64,000 bases of DNA from an uncultured cyanobacterium (lineage in GTDB: Bacteria; Cyanobacteriota; Cyanobacteriia; CAKZMO01). Below are positions 18,773-30,061 of the stretch, piece after piece (the stretch's first letter is position 1; each line of letters begins with the position of its first letter). The notes under the pieces were generated by a model. That model ran no database searches, was not told where the DNA came from, and saw only the letters and a list, made by a program, of their open reading frames with translations. Position numbers and translations under genes: made by a program. Location of the stretch: NCBI GenBank assembly GCA_963719515.1, contig CAVRCJ010000011.1, positions 320,001 to 384,000 of the forward strand. Reading direction: 5' to 3'.

Positions 18773-20026
18773 CTAAGCGTTAACGCCGTAGACCGAGTAG
18801 CCCACGTCCGCCAGCATGGCGTAGTCGATGGCGGTGGGGCGGCGCGCGCTGAGTGTAGCCTGAGACAGAGTCAACGGCGGCGGCGGGATGTCCGTAGTCG
18901 TAGCGTCCGGTAATTGGATTGGGACCGTCTTGGGACTGCAGCGGCACGTTGCGATCGCCATTGGCGGCCCTGGCATAGCGCCCCCGGAAAACGGCAGCTT
19001 CAGGAGACGAACTCTCGATTAGGTCTCGGCCCGCCTGGCTTTGACGAATCAAGCCCAAGGCATGCCCAATTTCGTGGGACATCAGCCAGTAGAGGTCAGC
19101 GTCAGAGTAGTCAATGGCGTACCGCTGATTGATGGTGAGCATGCTCACTCTGGGAAGTCCCCGGCGTCCCGACGGCAGTCCCTGATTCGAGTAGTGAGGC
19201 CTGTAGGTCTGTTCGCTGCCGGTATTGACGTCGAGATAGCTCGCCACAAAGACCAGCCCCGCGTCCTGCTGTCGGGCGTCGTCGTAGTCGCTGACCGCCG
19301 TAATGCGATATTGGCCGTTGAAGCCTAGCTCAGTGATCTCCGGGCTGGGGTCATACCAGCCTAGGCGGTGGGTCTGGGCAGGGGCGAGGGTGTATCCCCA
19401 GTAGCGATCGCTCTCTGGACTGCCAGCGGGGGTATCACTACCAACAGCATCGCGACTGTAGTGATACTCAAAGTCGTAGTGGACAAGGTCAATCGGGTTG
19501 AGAGAAGTCGGTTCAGCCGGGGATTGGACAGGTGGGGAGGGTGCAGTGGGGGGGCGGGGGTACGAGCAGAGGGCGCAGTGATGATAGGTGTCGCTGGCGG
19601 TAAGCCTGGTGTCGGCGAACCTAGCGGCGGGGCGGGGGGAGCAGGGAGCATTTGCAAAATCTGGGGGCGCAGCTTCAGCTAGTAGGGCAGAGCCTGCTGG
19701 CGAGTGCGGCGATCGCGAGTTGAAACCTTGACGAAGTAGCGACCGGCATCTAGGGTAGCCCGAATTTTTTCGGGGCGTCGCCCCTGCCGCTGCGATCGCT
19801 TCAGAGCCTGTCCTTGACGGTTCAAAAGAATCAAGTTGGCATCGAAGCGAAACCGCGATAGGTTGAGAACGACGCGGCTAGAGCGCCTCAGACGAAAGCC
19901 GTACAGGTCGATGCGATCGCCCATCCCAAGACGATCGCGGAGTCGAATTGGCGCGGTTAGCCGGCCCAGAGGTACGGCGGTTTTTCGAGTATTCCCAGCC
20001 CGATCGGCGGCCATAGTGCTGCCCAT
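18773..20026 (-). pseudogene. Disrupted PPC-domain + Pro-rich linker + HExxH zinc metalloprotease
   Basis: PPC-like DLYGFRL...LDAGRYFVKV; in-frame TAG at 19679-19681; frameshift at the G7 run 19548-19554; HEIGHALG; second frameshift at ~18860. Confidence 0.75.
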
Positions 20027-20447
20027 AGCGGTTAACGGTCAGTTATCTGACGTCGGCCTAGGCAAAATGTTCACCGCGAGCATGAACGCGGCTTAGACAG
20101 CGCAGCGCTAGTTGAAAACGAGGCTTGGGAATTGAGCAGCCTTAAGTCCAATATTTTACACTCGCTGATCCCTATAATTCGTTAGTGGAGCAGCTATTGC
20201 GACGCTCTATAGGATCTCGCTGCGTGAGGAGACGTGAGCGGTTTCTCAGCCCGCTATTTTGGCTCGACCTGCTGCGCCTTTATCCAAGTCGACGAATCTT
20301 CACACATAAAATAAGGCTAACTCAATATCATGCAAAGGTAGGGAAAGTTAGTTTGATTTTGGTTTAGTAACCGGGGTCAGCAGCCGTGCCCACTCACCTC
20401 AAGCCTGAAACTCGTATCACTTTTCAGATCAAGGAGTAATCTCAACC

Positions 20448-23400
20448 GTGCATGACAACTATTTAGGTGAGAGCGCTCTCACCCCAACCATCGCACTAGA
20501 ACAGTCGTTTAATACAGAGGCATCAGCGCTTGTCGTCGTCGATTCGCATCTTGCAGATGCGGAGACGCTGATTCAGGGCATTAGGCCTGGCGCAGCCCTC
20601 CTGAAGCTTGAGGTCGAGGATGGCATTGAGAAAATTGCTCAGGCTATTGAGAGCATGGGCGCTCTTGAAGAGCTGCACATAGTGTCCCACGGCTCGCCCG
20701 GCTGCCTATACCTGGGAAATACGGAACTTAGCCTAGAAACTTTAAGCCAACGGGCCGCTCAGCTCGCTCAGTGGTTCGAACCTGACCATTGGGCGGCATC
20801 TCCAAAGCTGCTGACTCTACGGCTGTAACGTCGCGGCTGGAGATGCCGGAAGCGAGTTTGTTTCCAAGCTGCATCACCTCACAGGGGCGGCGATCGCAGC
20901 CTCCACAACCCGCACGGGTCACGCCTCGTTGGGCGGAGACTGGACTTTCAGCACCCTTGTAGGGTACCCCAGTCAGCAGCCCCTTCCGGCGCTTGCTTTT
21001 ACAGCGGAGGCCATAAACCAATATGCAAGCGTGATGGCGAGCCTAGAGTTCCTCACAGCTGTCGGCGTCAATGGGGCAGCGACCAACGCTCCGGTAGAAG
21101 GCGACACTTTTCGGTTTTCCAACATCATCGCGGGAGCCGCCCCAGCGGACGAGATTGACGCCTTGCTGACTGTCGTTAACATCAACAACGGCGCTAGAAT
21201 CAGAACGCTCGACAACAACGACAACAACCCTTCAGCCTTTCGCCCCTTCATTGAGAAGGTCGCAACCACAGATAACGACCCGACCCTGCCTGGGGCGAGC
21301 ATTGAGTTCCAGATTGCCTTCGTACAGCCCGGAACAACAATTCCGGCCATTGTTCCAGAATTCAACGTCACCCTCTCCGACATCGACGGAACGTCCACCC
21401 AGCAGGAATTTGCTGACCTTGCCGGATTTCAGTCTTTTACAACCCTGGGAGGGGGCAACAGTCTGATCACAACCTCAGACTCTCCCGTCACGCCAGGGGT
21501 AACTCGGTTTTCCGGGGCATCCACAAACCTAGAGGAGTTCGATCCTCCGGGCAGCGAACAGATCAACACTCAAATTGCCGTCTCTGCCCAATATCTCAAC
21601 GCTAACGTCTTCAACTTTACGCTGGGTCTCACGAACCCAAACGACAGCGACACCCTAGGCGCTCGGCAGTTCTCCCTCAACTTTGACGAAACGCTAGTCG
21701 ATCAGTTTATTCCCCCTACTACATCCATCGTCAACAACGCGCCTCCCCTCGCGGCAATGACTTGGCCGTTACGGCGGTGGATACCCCGATCTCTATTGAC
21801 GTTCTGGCAAACGACTCAGACCCTGAGGACGGCGCGACGCCAGCGGGTGGCATCCTCCAAATCAACGGTAGCCCAGCCGTTGTAGGTCAGCCGGTTGCCT
21901 TACCGTCTGGCGGTACGGCGACCCTACAGGCCAGCGGCCTAGTCGACTATACTCCTCCCGGCAGGCTTTACGGACATAGATCAGTTTCTCTACACCGTTG
22001 CCGATAGCGCCGGTCTAGTTCAGAATGCCAGCGTCACCGTGACGGTGACAGACGGCAGCATCAATACCCCGCCAACGGCTGTTGATGACTTCGCCACCAC
22101 GGCGGTCGGCACCCCAGTTGTCGTCAATATCTTGGCCAATGATTCCGATGCCCAAGACGGTACCCCTCCGGGTGGCGGCATCACTCAGATCAACGGTACG
22201 CCGGTTGCCGTCGATCAGCCCATCACCTTACCCTCCGGCGGTACAGTGACGCTGCTACAGGACGGCACTGTCAGCTACGTACCGCCAGCAGGCTTCACGG
22301 CGTAGCGCAGTTTCCCTACACGGTTGCTGATAGCAGCGGCGCAACACAGACCGCCACAGTGAAGCGTCACGGTCGGGGCTGCGCCTATCGACCCCAATGA
22401 TGCCGATGGCGATGGTATCCCCAACGCTATCGATTTAGATGACGATAACGACGGCATCCCGGATGTCGATGAGTTGAGAGGTAACCCGAACCTCGACACG
22501 GACGGCGATGGCATAATAGATAGCTTAGATCTAGACGCCGATAACGACGGTATTCCTGATGTTATAGAGGCTGGTCACGACCAGGCCGACATCAACGGCG
22601 ACGGCAGACTTGATGGCCCCTTCGGCCCTAATGGACTCGCCGACATTGTGGAGACAGCCCCCGAGAGTGGCGCTATCAACTACCCCATTGCCGATACCGA
22701 CGGTGACGGCGTCCGCGACTTCCAAGATTTAGACACCGATAACGACGGCATCCTGGACGTGATCGAGGCCGGTCACGACGGCACTGATGCCGATGGTGAC
22801 GGTAGACTCGACGGACCTTTTGGCCGCAACGGGCTAGCTAACGAGATCGAAACGGCTCGGGAGAGCGGCGGCATCAACTACACCGTTGCCGATACCGATG
22901 GGGATGGCGTCCGCGATTTTCGCGACCTGGACACCGACAACGACGGGATTACCGATGTTATCGAAGGGGGCGGCAGTGACCCAGACGGCAACGGCATCGT
23001 CGGCGTGGGTACCCCTGTCGACAGCGATGGTGATGGTATTTTCGATGCCGCTGATCCCGACCTCGGTAACGGTCTACCGGTTCCCGATACCGACGGCGAC
23101 AGCGTCCGCGACTTCCGTGACCTGGACACCGACAACGACGGCATCGACGACATCATCGAGCGGGGTGGCAATCTGCCCGACGCTAACGGCGACGGTCGTG
23201 TTGACGGCCCTGACCCGGACGGCGACGGTATTGTTGCCGTTGTCGATGGCGATGAGGGCAACTTTGGCACCGGCCCTTTTCCAGTCCCGGCCCCAGCTGA
23301 TCCGAACGGAAACGGCGTTCCCGAATATCGCGAGCCGCCAGCGACCGACCAGGGTACCATCGGCGGCGATATCATCATTGGCGATAACGGCGATAACATC

Positions 23401-24039
23401 CTGAGCGGGTTCAGCGATCGCGACAGGATTCGCGGCCTGGGCGGCAACGACTTGCTCAACGGCGGCAGCGACAACGATCTGCTCAACGGCGGCGCAGGGG
23501 ATGACCTGCTCAACGGCGGCAGCGGCAGGGACCGGCTTTTGGGTCGCGGCGGCGACGACCTGCTCAACGGCGGCAGCGGCGACGACACCCTTATCGGGGG
23601 AAGAGGCAAGGATGTCATCAACGGCGGACGCGGCTCCGATACTATGCGGGGCAACGGGGGGCGCGACGAAATGAACGGTGGCGGCGGTAGCGATCGCATC
23701 TTTGGCGGGGGCGGTCGTGACAACATTCACGGGAACCGAGGCGCTGACCTGATCTTCGGGGGGGCCGCTCGGGATAGGCTGTCGGGAGGCGAGGGGAGAG
23801 ACACCTTTGGCTACAGCGCCGTCAAAGAGTTTGGCGACGTCATCACCGACTTTTCTATTTTGAAAGACAAAATAGACCTGGGAGCCCTTGGGGTCGGGAG
23901 CCTCGGCGATTTAGCTCTCACCCAGCGAGGCGACAATACTGTGGTCCGCGCTCAGGTTGGAAATGCGATGCGCCGCGTGGTGTTGCTTGAGGACGTTCGA
24001 GCTTCCACCTTAGATGGGGACAACTTCGTCTTTAGCTAG
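20448..24039 (+). pseudogene. Frameshifted large secreted adhesin: DUF4347 + Ig-like repeats + DxDxDG Ca-binding repeats + RTX tail
   Basis: DUF4347-like ELHIVSHGSPG and LYGCNVA; NxPPxAxDD/VLANDSD modules; DTDGDGVRDFRDLDTDNDG repeats; GGxGxD nonapeptides; apparent 1-bp indels near 20814, 21752, 21958, 22300 and 22362. Confidence 0.8.
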
Positions 24040-24119
24040 CCCTCTTTGGCTAACCCATCACGGTTCTAAGGGCGCGCTGCTTAGCCTGCCCTTAGGCTTC
24101 GCCCAGACTTGAGTATGTT

Positions 24120-25850
24120 ATGACGACTTGTTCGCCACTTTTCGCGTTCATGCTGGCGGTTTCGCCTGGGGAGTACCCCGTGCTCGAGGCTCCCAGGCCG
24201 CTACCGTCAGCAGCCCTTCGGCTGAGTCAGCAGCCCAATCCCAACGAAGACCGATTTCTTCAAGCGCCAGAGAGCGAGCCCACCGTAGAAGACTCATCTC
24301 CCGTTTTGCCGGATGCTAGCCCGCCCCAGCAGCCTGACGATGTCGTGGCTCCATCCGCCGACCCGCCTGCCGTCTCTTTCGTCGTGCAGCGAATTATCGT
24401 TAGCGGCAGCACCATTTTTGACGCCGCGAGCTTTCGTCAGATTGTTGCTCCCTTGGAAGGGCAGTCTATAACCTTAGACGACCTTCGCGGCGCGGCGGAT
24501 GAAATTACTCAGCTGTACCTCAGCGGAGGCTATCTGACCTCGCGCGCCGTGGTTCCCGACCAAACAATCGTCGGGGAAACCGCCCGCATTCAGATTGTTG
24601 AGGGGCGTATTGGTGAGATTGCGATCGCGGGCAATAATCGGCTGCGGCAGACCTACATTCGCAGGCGGGTTGAGCTAGGCGTTGACAGCCCTCTACGCAC
24701 CGATCGCCTGGAAGATCAGCTACGCCTGCTGCGCGCTGACCCACTCATTGAAACAATCGAAGCTAGTCTACGGGCTGGAGAAAATTTGGGGGAGAGCGTC
24801 TTGACGATTCAGGTCGTAGAGGCCGATCCTTGGACGGGTGACCTGCATATCGACAACTATTCTCCCCCTAGCGTTGGGTCCGAGCGCGTCGGCGCTGAGC
24901 TAGCCCACCTCAACCTCACGGGCCGAGGGGACGCTCTGTTCGCCGCCGTCGATCGGACAATTCGCGGTGGCTCTACCGTTGCGGAGGTGGGATATCGCAT
25001 CCCAATTAATTCAACGGGAGCGCTCCAGCTGCGCACCGTTATCAACCGCAACGAGGTCGTGCTGGCACCGTTCGACGACTTTGACATTCAGGGGGAATCA
25101 GAGCTATACGAAATCAGCGTCCGTCAGCCTCTGATGCGATCGCCTCGGCAGGAATTTGCCATCTCCGCAGGCTTTAGCTACCGAGATGGTCAGACGCTGG
25201 CGTTTGACGCCATTCCCGTTGGCGCTGGGGCGAATGACGAAGGGGTTACGCGCACGAGCGTTTTTCGGCTGGGCCAAGATTATGTCAGACGCGATCGCCA
25301 AGGGATCTGGGCGCTGCGATCGCAGTTCAGCCTGGGTGCCGATATTTTTAACGCCACCGTCAACGATGACGGCCCCGATGCTCTGTTTTTTAGCTGGTTG
25401 ACCCAGGCGCAGCGGGTGCAGCGCTTAAGCCGTAGCCAGCTGCTGGTTCTACAAATGGACCTACAGCTCACCCCCGATCCGCTGCTGTCATCCGAGCAGT
25501 TCGTCATTGGTGGCGGGCGATCGCTGCGGGGCTTTCGGCAGAACGCTCGGGCGGGCGATAACGGCCTGCGGGTCTCGGTTGAAGATCGGATTACCCTTGT
25601 TAGGAACGAAGCGGGAGAAGCCGCATTTCAGCTTCTCCCCTTTGCCGATGTCGGCGTTGTTTGGAACAATGGTGACGCGGCGCTCCCCGGCCAGAATATT
25701 TTGGCTGGGGTGGGCATCGGAGCATTGTGGGAGGTCTTGCCTGATTTTACCGTCCGCCTCGACCTCGCAGTGCCGCTCATCGATCTGGACGACCGGGGTG
25801 AAAATGCCCAAGACGACGGCATTTACTTCAGCGTCAACTACCAAATCTAG
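24120..25850 (+). CDS. ShlB/FhaC/HecB (TpsB) outer-membrane secretion/activation protein
   Basis: POTRA-like YLSGGYLTSRA, DNYSPPSVG, loop motif GGGRSLRGF, C-terminal beta-strand IYFSVNYQI. Confidence 0.9.
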   Translation: MTTCSPLFAFMLAVSPGEYPVLEAPRPLPSAALRLSQQPNPNEDRFLQAPESEPTVEDSSPVLPDASPPQQPDDVVAPSADPPAVSFVVQRIIVSGSTIFDAASFRQIVAPLEGQSITLDDLRGAADEITQLYLSGGYLTSRAVVPDQTIVGETARIQIVEGRIGEIAIAGNNRLRQTYIRRRVELGVDSPLRTDRLEDQLRLLRADPLIETIEASLRAGENLGESVLTIQVVEADPWTGDLHIDNYSPPSVGSERVGAELAHLNLTGRGDALFAAVDRTIRGGSTVAEVGYRIPINSTGALQLRTVINRNEVVLAPFDDFDIQGESELYEISVRQPLMRSPRQEFAISAGFSYRDGQTLAFDAIPVGAGANDEGVTRTSVFRLGQDYVRRDRQGIWALRSQFSLGADIFNATVNDDGPDALFFSWLTQAQRVQRLSRSQLLVLQMDLQLTPDPLLSSEQFVIGGGRSLRGFRQNARAGDNGLRVSVEDRITLVRNEAGEAAFQLLPFADVGVVWNNGDAALPGQNILAGVGIGALWEVLPDFTVRLDLAVPLIDLDDRGENAQDDGIYFSVNYQI

Positions 25851-25892
25851 AACCCGCTGCGGAAATTACAATCGCGAGAACTTGTAGAGAGA

Positions 25893-26267
25893 ATGTCCAC
25901 GTCTCCCCCTTCAGATACCATCGAGGTCACGGAAATTCGGGCCTACGGCTATACCGGCGCACTGCCTGAAGAACAGGTACTGGGCCAGTGGTTCAGCGTA
26001 GACCTGACGCTGTTCTACGCTAACGACGCGGGAATTAGCGATCGCCTGGATGACGCCTATGACTACCGCTGGGCCATCAGCGCGGCGCAGCACACCGTAC
26101 GCAATACTCGCTTTCGCCTGATAGAGACCCTGGCCCAGGCGATCGCTACCCGCCTATTGTCAAAAGGTGCCCTGCAGCAGGTGCGGGTACGGGTCACCAA
26201 ACCCGCCGCTCCTATTCCCGATTTTGGGGGCCAGGTTGCCGTCACCATTTTCCGGACAGCACCTTAG
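25893..26267 (+). CDS. folB: Dihydroneopterin aldolase
   Basis: YGYTGALPEEQVLGQWFSVDL, LIETLA, VRVTKP. Confidence 0.93.
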   Translation: MSTSPPSDTIEVTEIRAYGYTGALPEEQVLGQWFSVDLTLFYANDAGISDRLDDAYDYRWAISAAQHTVRNTRFRLIETLAQAIATRLLSKGALQQVRVRVTKPAAPIPDFGGQVAVTIFRTAP

Positions 26268-26335
26268 CGGCAAAGTTACGGTAGCGCCAGGTCACGGTAG
26301 CATCAGGGCCGTCGCCTCTAAACCCCGGCGCAGCG

Positions 26336-27535
26336 CTAGGCTGCGTCCCGCTTAGTCCGAACCCAGTCGGTTTGGCGGCTCACGATAAAGGCAACGTACA
26401 GCGGAATTTTCCATAAGACGTAAAGGGGAGCCGCCAGAAGAGCCGTACCAGAAACATGCCCTCGACCAAATTTCGCCCAGGCTGCCGTAATCGCCGTTAC
26501 GAGCAGCCCACCTTCGAGAGCCAGCAGATAAAGGGGGAGTCCAGCACCTCCCAATAGCGCCGCAATTCCAGATATAACAAGCGCGACCCCCCACAGCATC
26601 ACCAAAAGAGATAGCGGCGGGACGGCAAGCTCTAGCGCCAGCGCCAGCAGATCAAAGCGCCGTTGAACAACAGACTGCTTGAGCAAACGCGGCACTTGAG
26701 TCATCAACGTTCCGAGGTGTCCGTGCTCCCAACGCGTGCGCTGCCCTTTAGCGGCATCGTCGTCTTGAGGAAGCCTACCAGTTACCCTTGCCGTCGAGCA
26801 AAACTGCGGGGGGTGGCCTGCGATCGCCAGATCTAACCCTAGCTGCATGTCTTCAACAATGTTGCCGCTCGCCAAAGGTGCATCCCGAATAATGTCCCAG
26901 GGAAACGCCATACCCGTGCCCGTGAGCAAGCAGGGCAGTCCCAGCCGCGCTAGACCAGAAGGCCGTACCCAGTTTTTAACCAGAAAGGCTAGGGCGGAAA
27001 TTGAGTCCGAGGGGCTAGGGTCAGGCGGCACATCCATTAAGTAGACGGCCTGCACAGGTCTATGGGTAGAGCGCGACTGATGAGCAATTCGAGACAGCGC
27101 CAATGGCTCTACCCAGCAGTCTGCGTCAACCATAACGACGGTCTGCAGCGCCTGACGCTCTAAGTGACGTAGCCCGTAGTCGAGGGCGTAGCCTTTACCT
27201 CGATTGACTGGGTCGTGGCGCTCTAAGACCGAAACGCTGAAGTCTCGGGCGATAGACGCTGTACCGTCAGTGCAATTGTCGGCCACAACGCAAACCCCTG
27301 CCGAATCTGGGCAGGTCGCCGTCACCGACTTCAGCGTCTCGGCAATGCCGGACGCTTCATTATGGGCCGGAATAAGAACAGCAGTTTTGGGAGCGGAGGC
27401 GTCATCGCTAGCGGGCAAAGCGGGTAAGAGTGCCGCCATACATTCGACAAACAAGACGCCAATCGGGACGAGGAGTATCGCTGCAGCGGCGAATCCGCCA
27501 AACTCAACAGCGTGAATGAGCCACTGATATAACAT
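26336..27535 (-). CDS. Glycosyltransferase family 2
   Basis: LIPAHNE, VADNCTD, GKGYAL, DAD, EDM, QRTRW; C-terminal TM helices. Confidence 0.93.
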   Translation of the reverse strand: MLYQWLIHAVEFGGFAAAAILLVPIGVLFVECMAALLPALPASDDASAPKTAVLIPAHNEASGIAETLKSVTATCPDSAGVCVVADNCTDGTASIARDFSVSVLERHDPVNRGKGYALDYGLRHLERQALQTVVMVDADCWVEPLALSRIAHQSRSTHRPVQAVYLMDVPPDPSPSDSISALAFLVKNWVRPSGLARLGLPCLLTGTGMAFPWDIIRDAPLASGNIVEDMQLGLDLAIAGHPPQFCSTARVTGRLPQDDDAAKGQRTRWEHGHLGTLMTQVPRLLKQSVVQRRFDLLALALELAVPPLSLLVMLWGVALVISGIAALLGGAGLPLYLLALEGGLLVTAITAAWAKFGRGHVSGTALLAAPLYVLWKIPLYVAFIVSRQTDWVRTKRDAA

Positions 27536-27550
27536 GACGCTCTTTTTTAC

Positions 27551-29803
27551 TTAGGCTGATACTACACCGTGGATATCGTTGGCAACTACGCCCAGACAGC
27601 GCAAGCGGAAGCTCTTGAGATCTTCGATGACCTTCGAGAACTGCTCACGCTTCGTTTCCTCAAGGCCAACAACCAGCAGAACGCCATCAGTATGGCTGCT
27701 GACAAAGGTTGCTTCTGTAAAGCTCGATAGATTAGGTGTGTCAAAAATCACTAAGTCAAACTGATTTTGTAGCGATTCGACAAGCTGAGCCATGACCGGA
27801 GACGCTAGCTTCTCTGGCTCCTTCTGCAAAAGGTTGCCGGCGGTCAGCGCGTAGAGGTTGTTGATCGAGGTTTTCTGAATCACGCGATCGGCTGTCGTGC
27901 TGGTCTTGCCGCTCAATAAGTCGCCTAGCCCTTCGGTATTCGCCACTCCCAACGCTCGGTGAAGTCGGGGCGCTTCTAAATTCGCGTCAACGAGCAAGAC
28001 CCGCTTACCGCTAGCCGCCGCGGTTCTAGCGAGGTTAATCGCTAGGGTTGAGCTGCCGTCGCCTTCCTCAACCGCGCAGACGGCGAGAGACCTGACATCT
28101 TGCGAGGGGGAGAGGAAGTTTACCTTTGTGTAAAGTGACTGAATGGCCTGCTGGAAGGGCGATCGCAGTCCATGGCCTTCGATAACCCCTGTGGACGGGA
28201 TATTGACGTCGGGCTCGCTGTACGGCAGGAATCCAACGACGGGTAGGGATGTTGCCGACTTGAGATCCGCGGAGGTGTAGAACACGTCTCGCTGTCGCTC
28301 TAGCAACATGGCCAATAGCGTTCCCAAGAACAATCCGGCAATGACGCCCAGGCCAATAGTTTGAGTGAGGTCATTTTCCGCAGGAATCGCCTGGCCTTCT
28401 TCGTCGTAGGCGAGGTTTGGCTCCGAAATCAGTTCCCAAGGAATTTCGGTCTGGGCCGCCTCAACTTTGAGCGTCTCCCGCTGAGTTAGCAGTTGGTCTA
28501 GAGTTTGAACCGCCAGAGTAAGCTGCCGCTGTAGCTCACTGTACTGGCGGGCTACAGCGGGAAAGCGCTGCGCCTGCTGAGCCCAAAAGCTTTGACTTTG
28601 GTTGAGGGCTTGATTGCGGGCCTCAAGCACCTGAACCTGGTTAACTGAATCAATCAGCTGCTGCGTGATTCCCAGGCGGATTGAGTTTTGTGAGGGAAGA
28701 CTTTCCGCATTGGCACCCCCGCCAGAAAGGTTGGCCCCGACGACCTGCTGCGCCCTGTTAGAGAGTAGGCCTGACAGGTTAGCCTGCTGCTGACGAAGCG
28801 AGCGAATTACCGGACTCGCTTCGCTGAAGCGGACCGACTCTATGGCAATCTGGTTTTCGATTTCCTGAAGCTGAGCCCTAAGGTCGGCGTAAATCTGGTC
28901 TTCACTGAGCGCAGAGGCGGCTACGGCTTCATCGATAGAGAGGCCGAGCTGCTGTTGGAGATTGTTGCTGAGCCGCTGCTGCTCCTGAAGCTCTTGCTGA
29001 ACAGTCAGCTTCTGCGCCGTAATCTCACGAATTTGGTCGGAGATTTGATTGCCCTCAGCAGTAGGGTCATTGATGAAGTACTGCTGCTGAAGCGACTGCA
29101 GCTGATTTTGGAGCGTCCCAACCCGCTGCTCTAGCTCAGGCAGCTGCTCATCAATAAACTTAACGCCTTCGCCAATCCGAGTCTTTCGCTCTTCAAGGGA
29201 GTACTCTAAAAATCGCTCGGCAAGCATCTCGGAGACAAATAGGACTTCTTGAGGATCTTCGCCCTCATAGGACGCCTCGATCATCTTTGTCTCTTCTAGG
29301 CTAGTCGTCGGGCCGTTGGAGACCGTACAGCACCGCGTGACGCTCAAACCACTGTAGAGATCTCCCGAGGTAAACGACGAATACTGAGGCTGAGATTGGA
29401 CCCGCTCGATGACATCGTCTAGAACAGCGCCGCTCTTGAGGATGACCAGCTGAGTATCGTAGTCGAATTCGGCTCCCCGCTGGGGAACGCTTCGTGTTCC
29501 GCGAGTCACGGCCGCAGGGGCCGAAAGCGTCGCCTCAGGCGAAAGTGGCTCTACAAGTAGACGAAACGTACTCTGGTAGCTGTCGGCAGTTCCTGACGCC
29601 TTGAGGTAGGCCCCTGCGGCGCAGACCACCGTAACGCCAATGATCAGCCAAGCCTTGCGTTGAATCGTACGCAATAGAGGACCAAAGTCTAACCCTTTTT
29701 GCTCTTGGTCCTCGAGGTTATCAACCTCAACCGGGGACAATGATGTTGTCGGACTATCGGTTCGAGCGAGTGCCGATAGGGAAGGCTGTTGGTTCGTCTG
29801 CAT
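27551..29803 (-). CDS. wzc: Wzc/GumC-like polysaccharide co-polymerase
   Basis: Two TMs flanking a long coiled coil; C-terminal BY-kinase fold (VLLVDANL, VIFDTP). Confidence 0.88.
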   Translation of the reverse strand: MQTNQQPSLSALARTDSPTTSLSPVEVDNLEDQEQKGLDFGPLLRTIQRKAWLIIGVTVVCAAGAYLKASGTADSYQSTFRLLVEPLSPEATLSAPAAVTRGTRSVPQRGAEFDYDTQLVILKSGAVLDDVIERVQSQPQYSSFTSGDLYSGLSVTRCCTVSNGPTTSLEETKMIEASYEGEDPQEVLFVSEMLAERFLEYSLEERKTRIGEGVKFIDEQLPELEQRVGTLQNQLQSLQQQYFINDPTAEGNQISDQIREITAQKLTVQQELQEQQRLSNNLQQQLGLSIDEAVAASALSEDQIYADLRAQLQEIENQIAIESVRFSEASPVIRSLRQQQANLSGLLSNRAQQVVGANLSGGGANAESLPSQNSIRLGITQQLIDSVNQVQVLEARNQALNQSQSFWAQQAQRFPAVARQYSELQRQLTLAVQTLDQLLTQRETLKVEAAQTEIPWELISEPNLAYDEEGQAIPAENDLTQTIGLGVIAGLFLGTLLAMLLERQRDVFYTSADLKSATSLPVVGFLPYSEPDVNIPSTGVIEGHGLRSPFQQAIQSLYTKVNFLSPSQDVRSLAVCAVEEGDGSSTLAINLARTAAASGKRVLLVDANLEAPRLHRALGVANTEGLGDLLSGKTSTTADRVIQKTSINNLYALTAGNLLQKEPEKLASPVMAQLVESLQNQFDLVIFDTPNLSSFTEATFVSSHTDGVLLVVGLEETKREQFSKVIEDLKSFRLRCLGVVANDIHGVVSA

Positions 29804-30061
29804 TATGACCTCTAAACTGTCTTGCCGATAGGTAAAGTGAGTTGGTGAAGCAGGATACTAAAATTGCCTGTCGATTGTGACTCACTGAAAAGGGCCAAAC
29901 GCGGCAACCATCAACTTTTCAAGCGTAAATTTTAACGTCTGCATCGTCTCTCGATAGAGCCCTATAAATTTAAGATGACATCCGCTGCTGTAGCTTGAAA
30001 TAGGAAGGGGTGCCCGTTGGCGATCGCCAGCTCGATTGAGCCCTCTATTGAGTCATTGAAT

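Noticed and set aside
19679..19681. Programmed amber readthrough (pyrrolysine-type recoding)
   Set aside because: The same gene has two further frameshifts and no recoding machinery is visible; a nonsense mutation or sequencing error is simpler
22878..23730. Long antisense ORFs (282 and 218 aa) over the RTX region
   Set aside because: Shadow frames of Gly/Asp-rich repetitive codons
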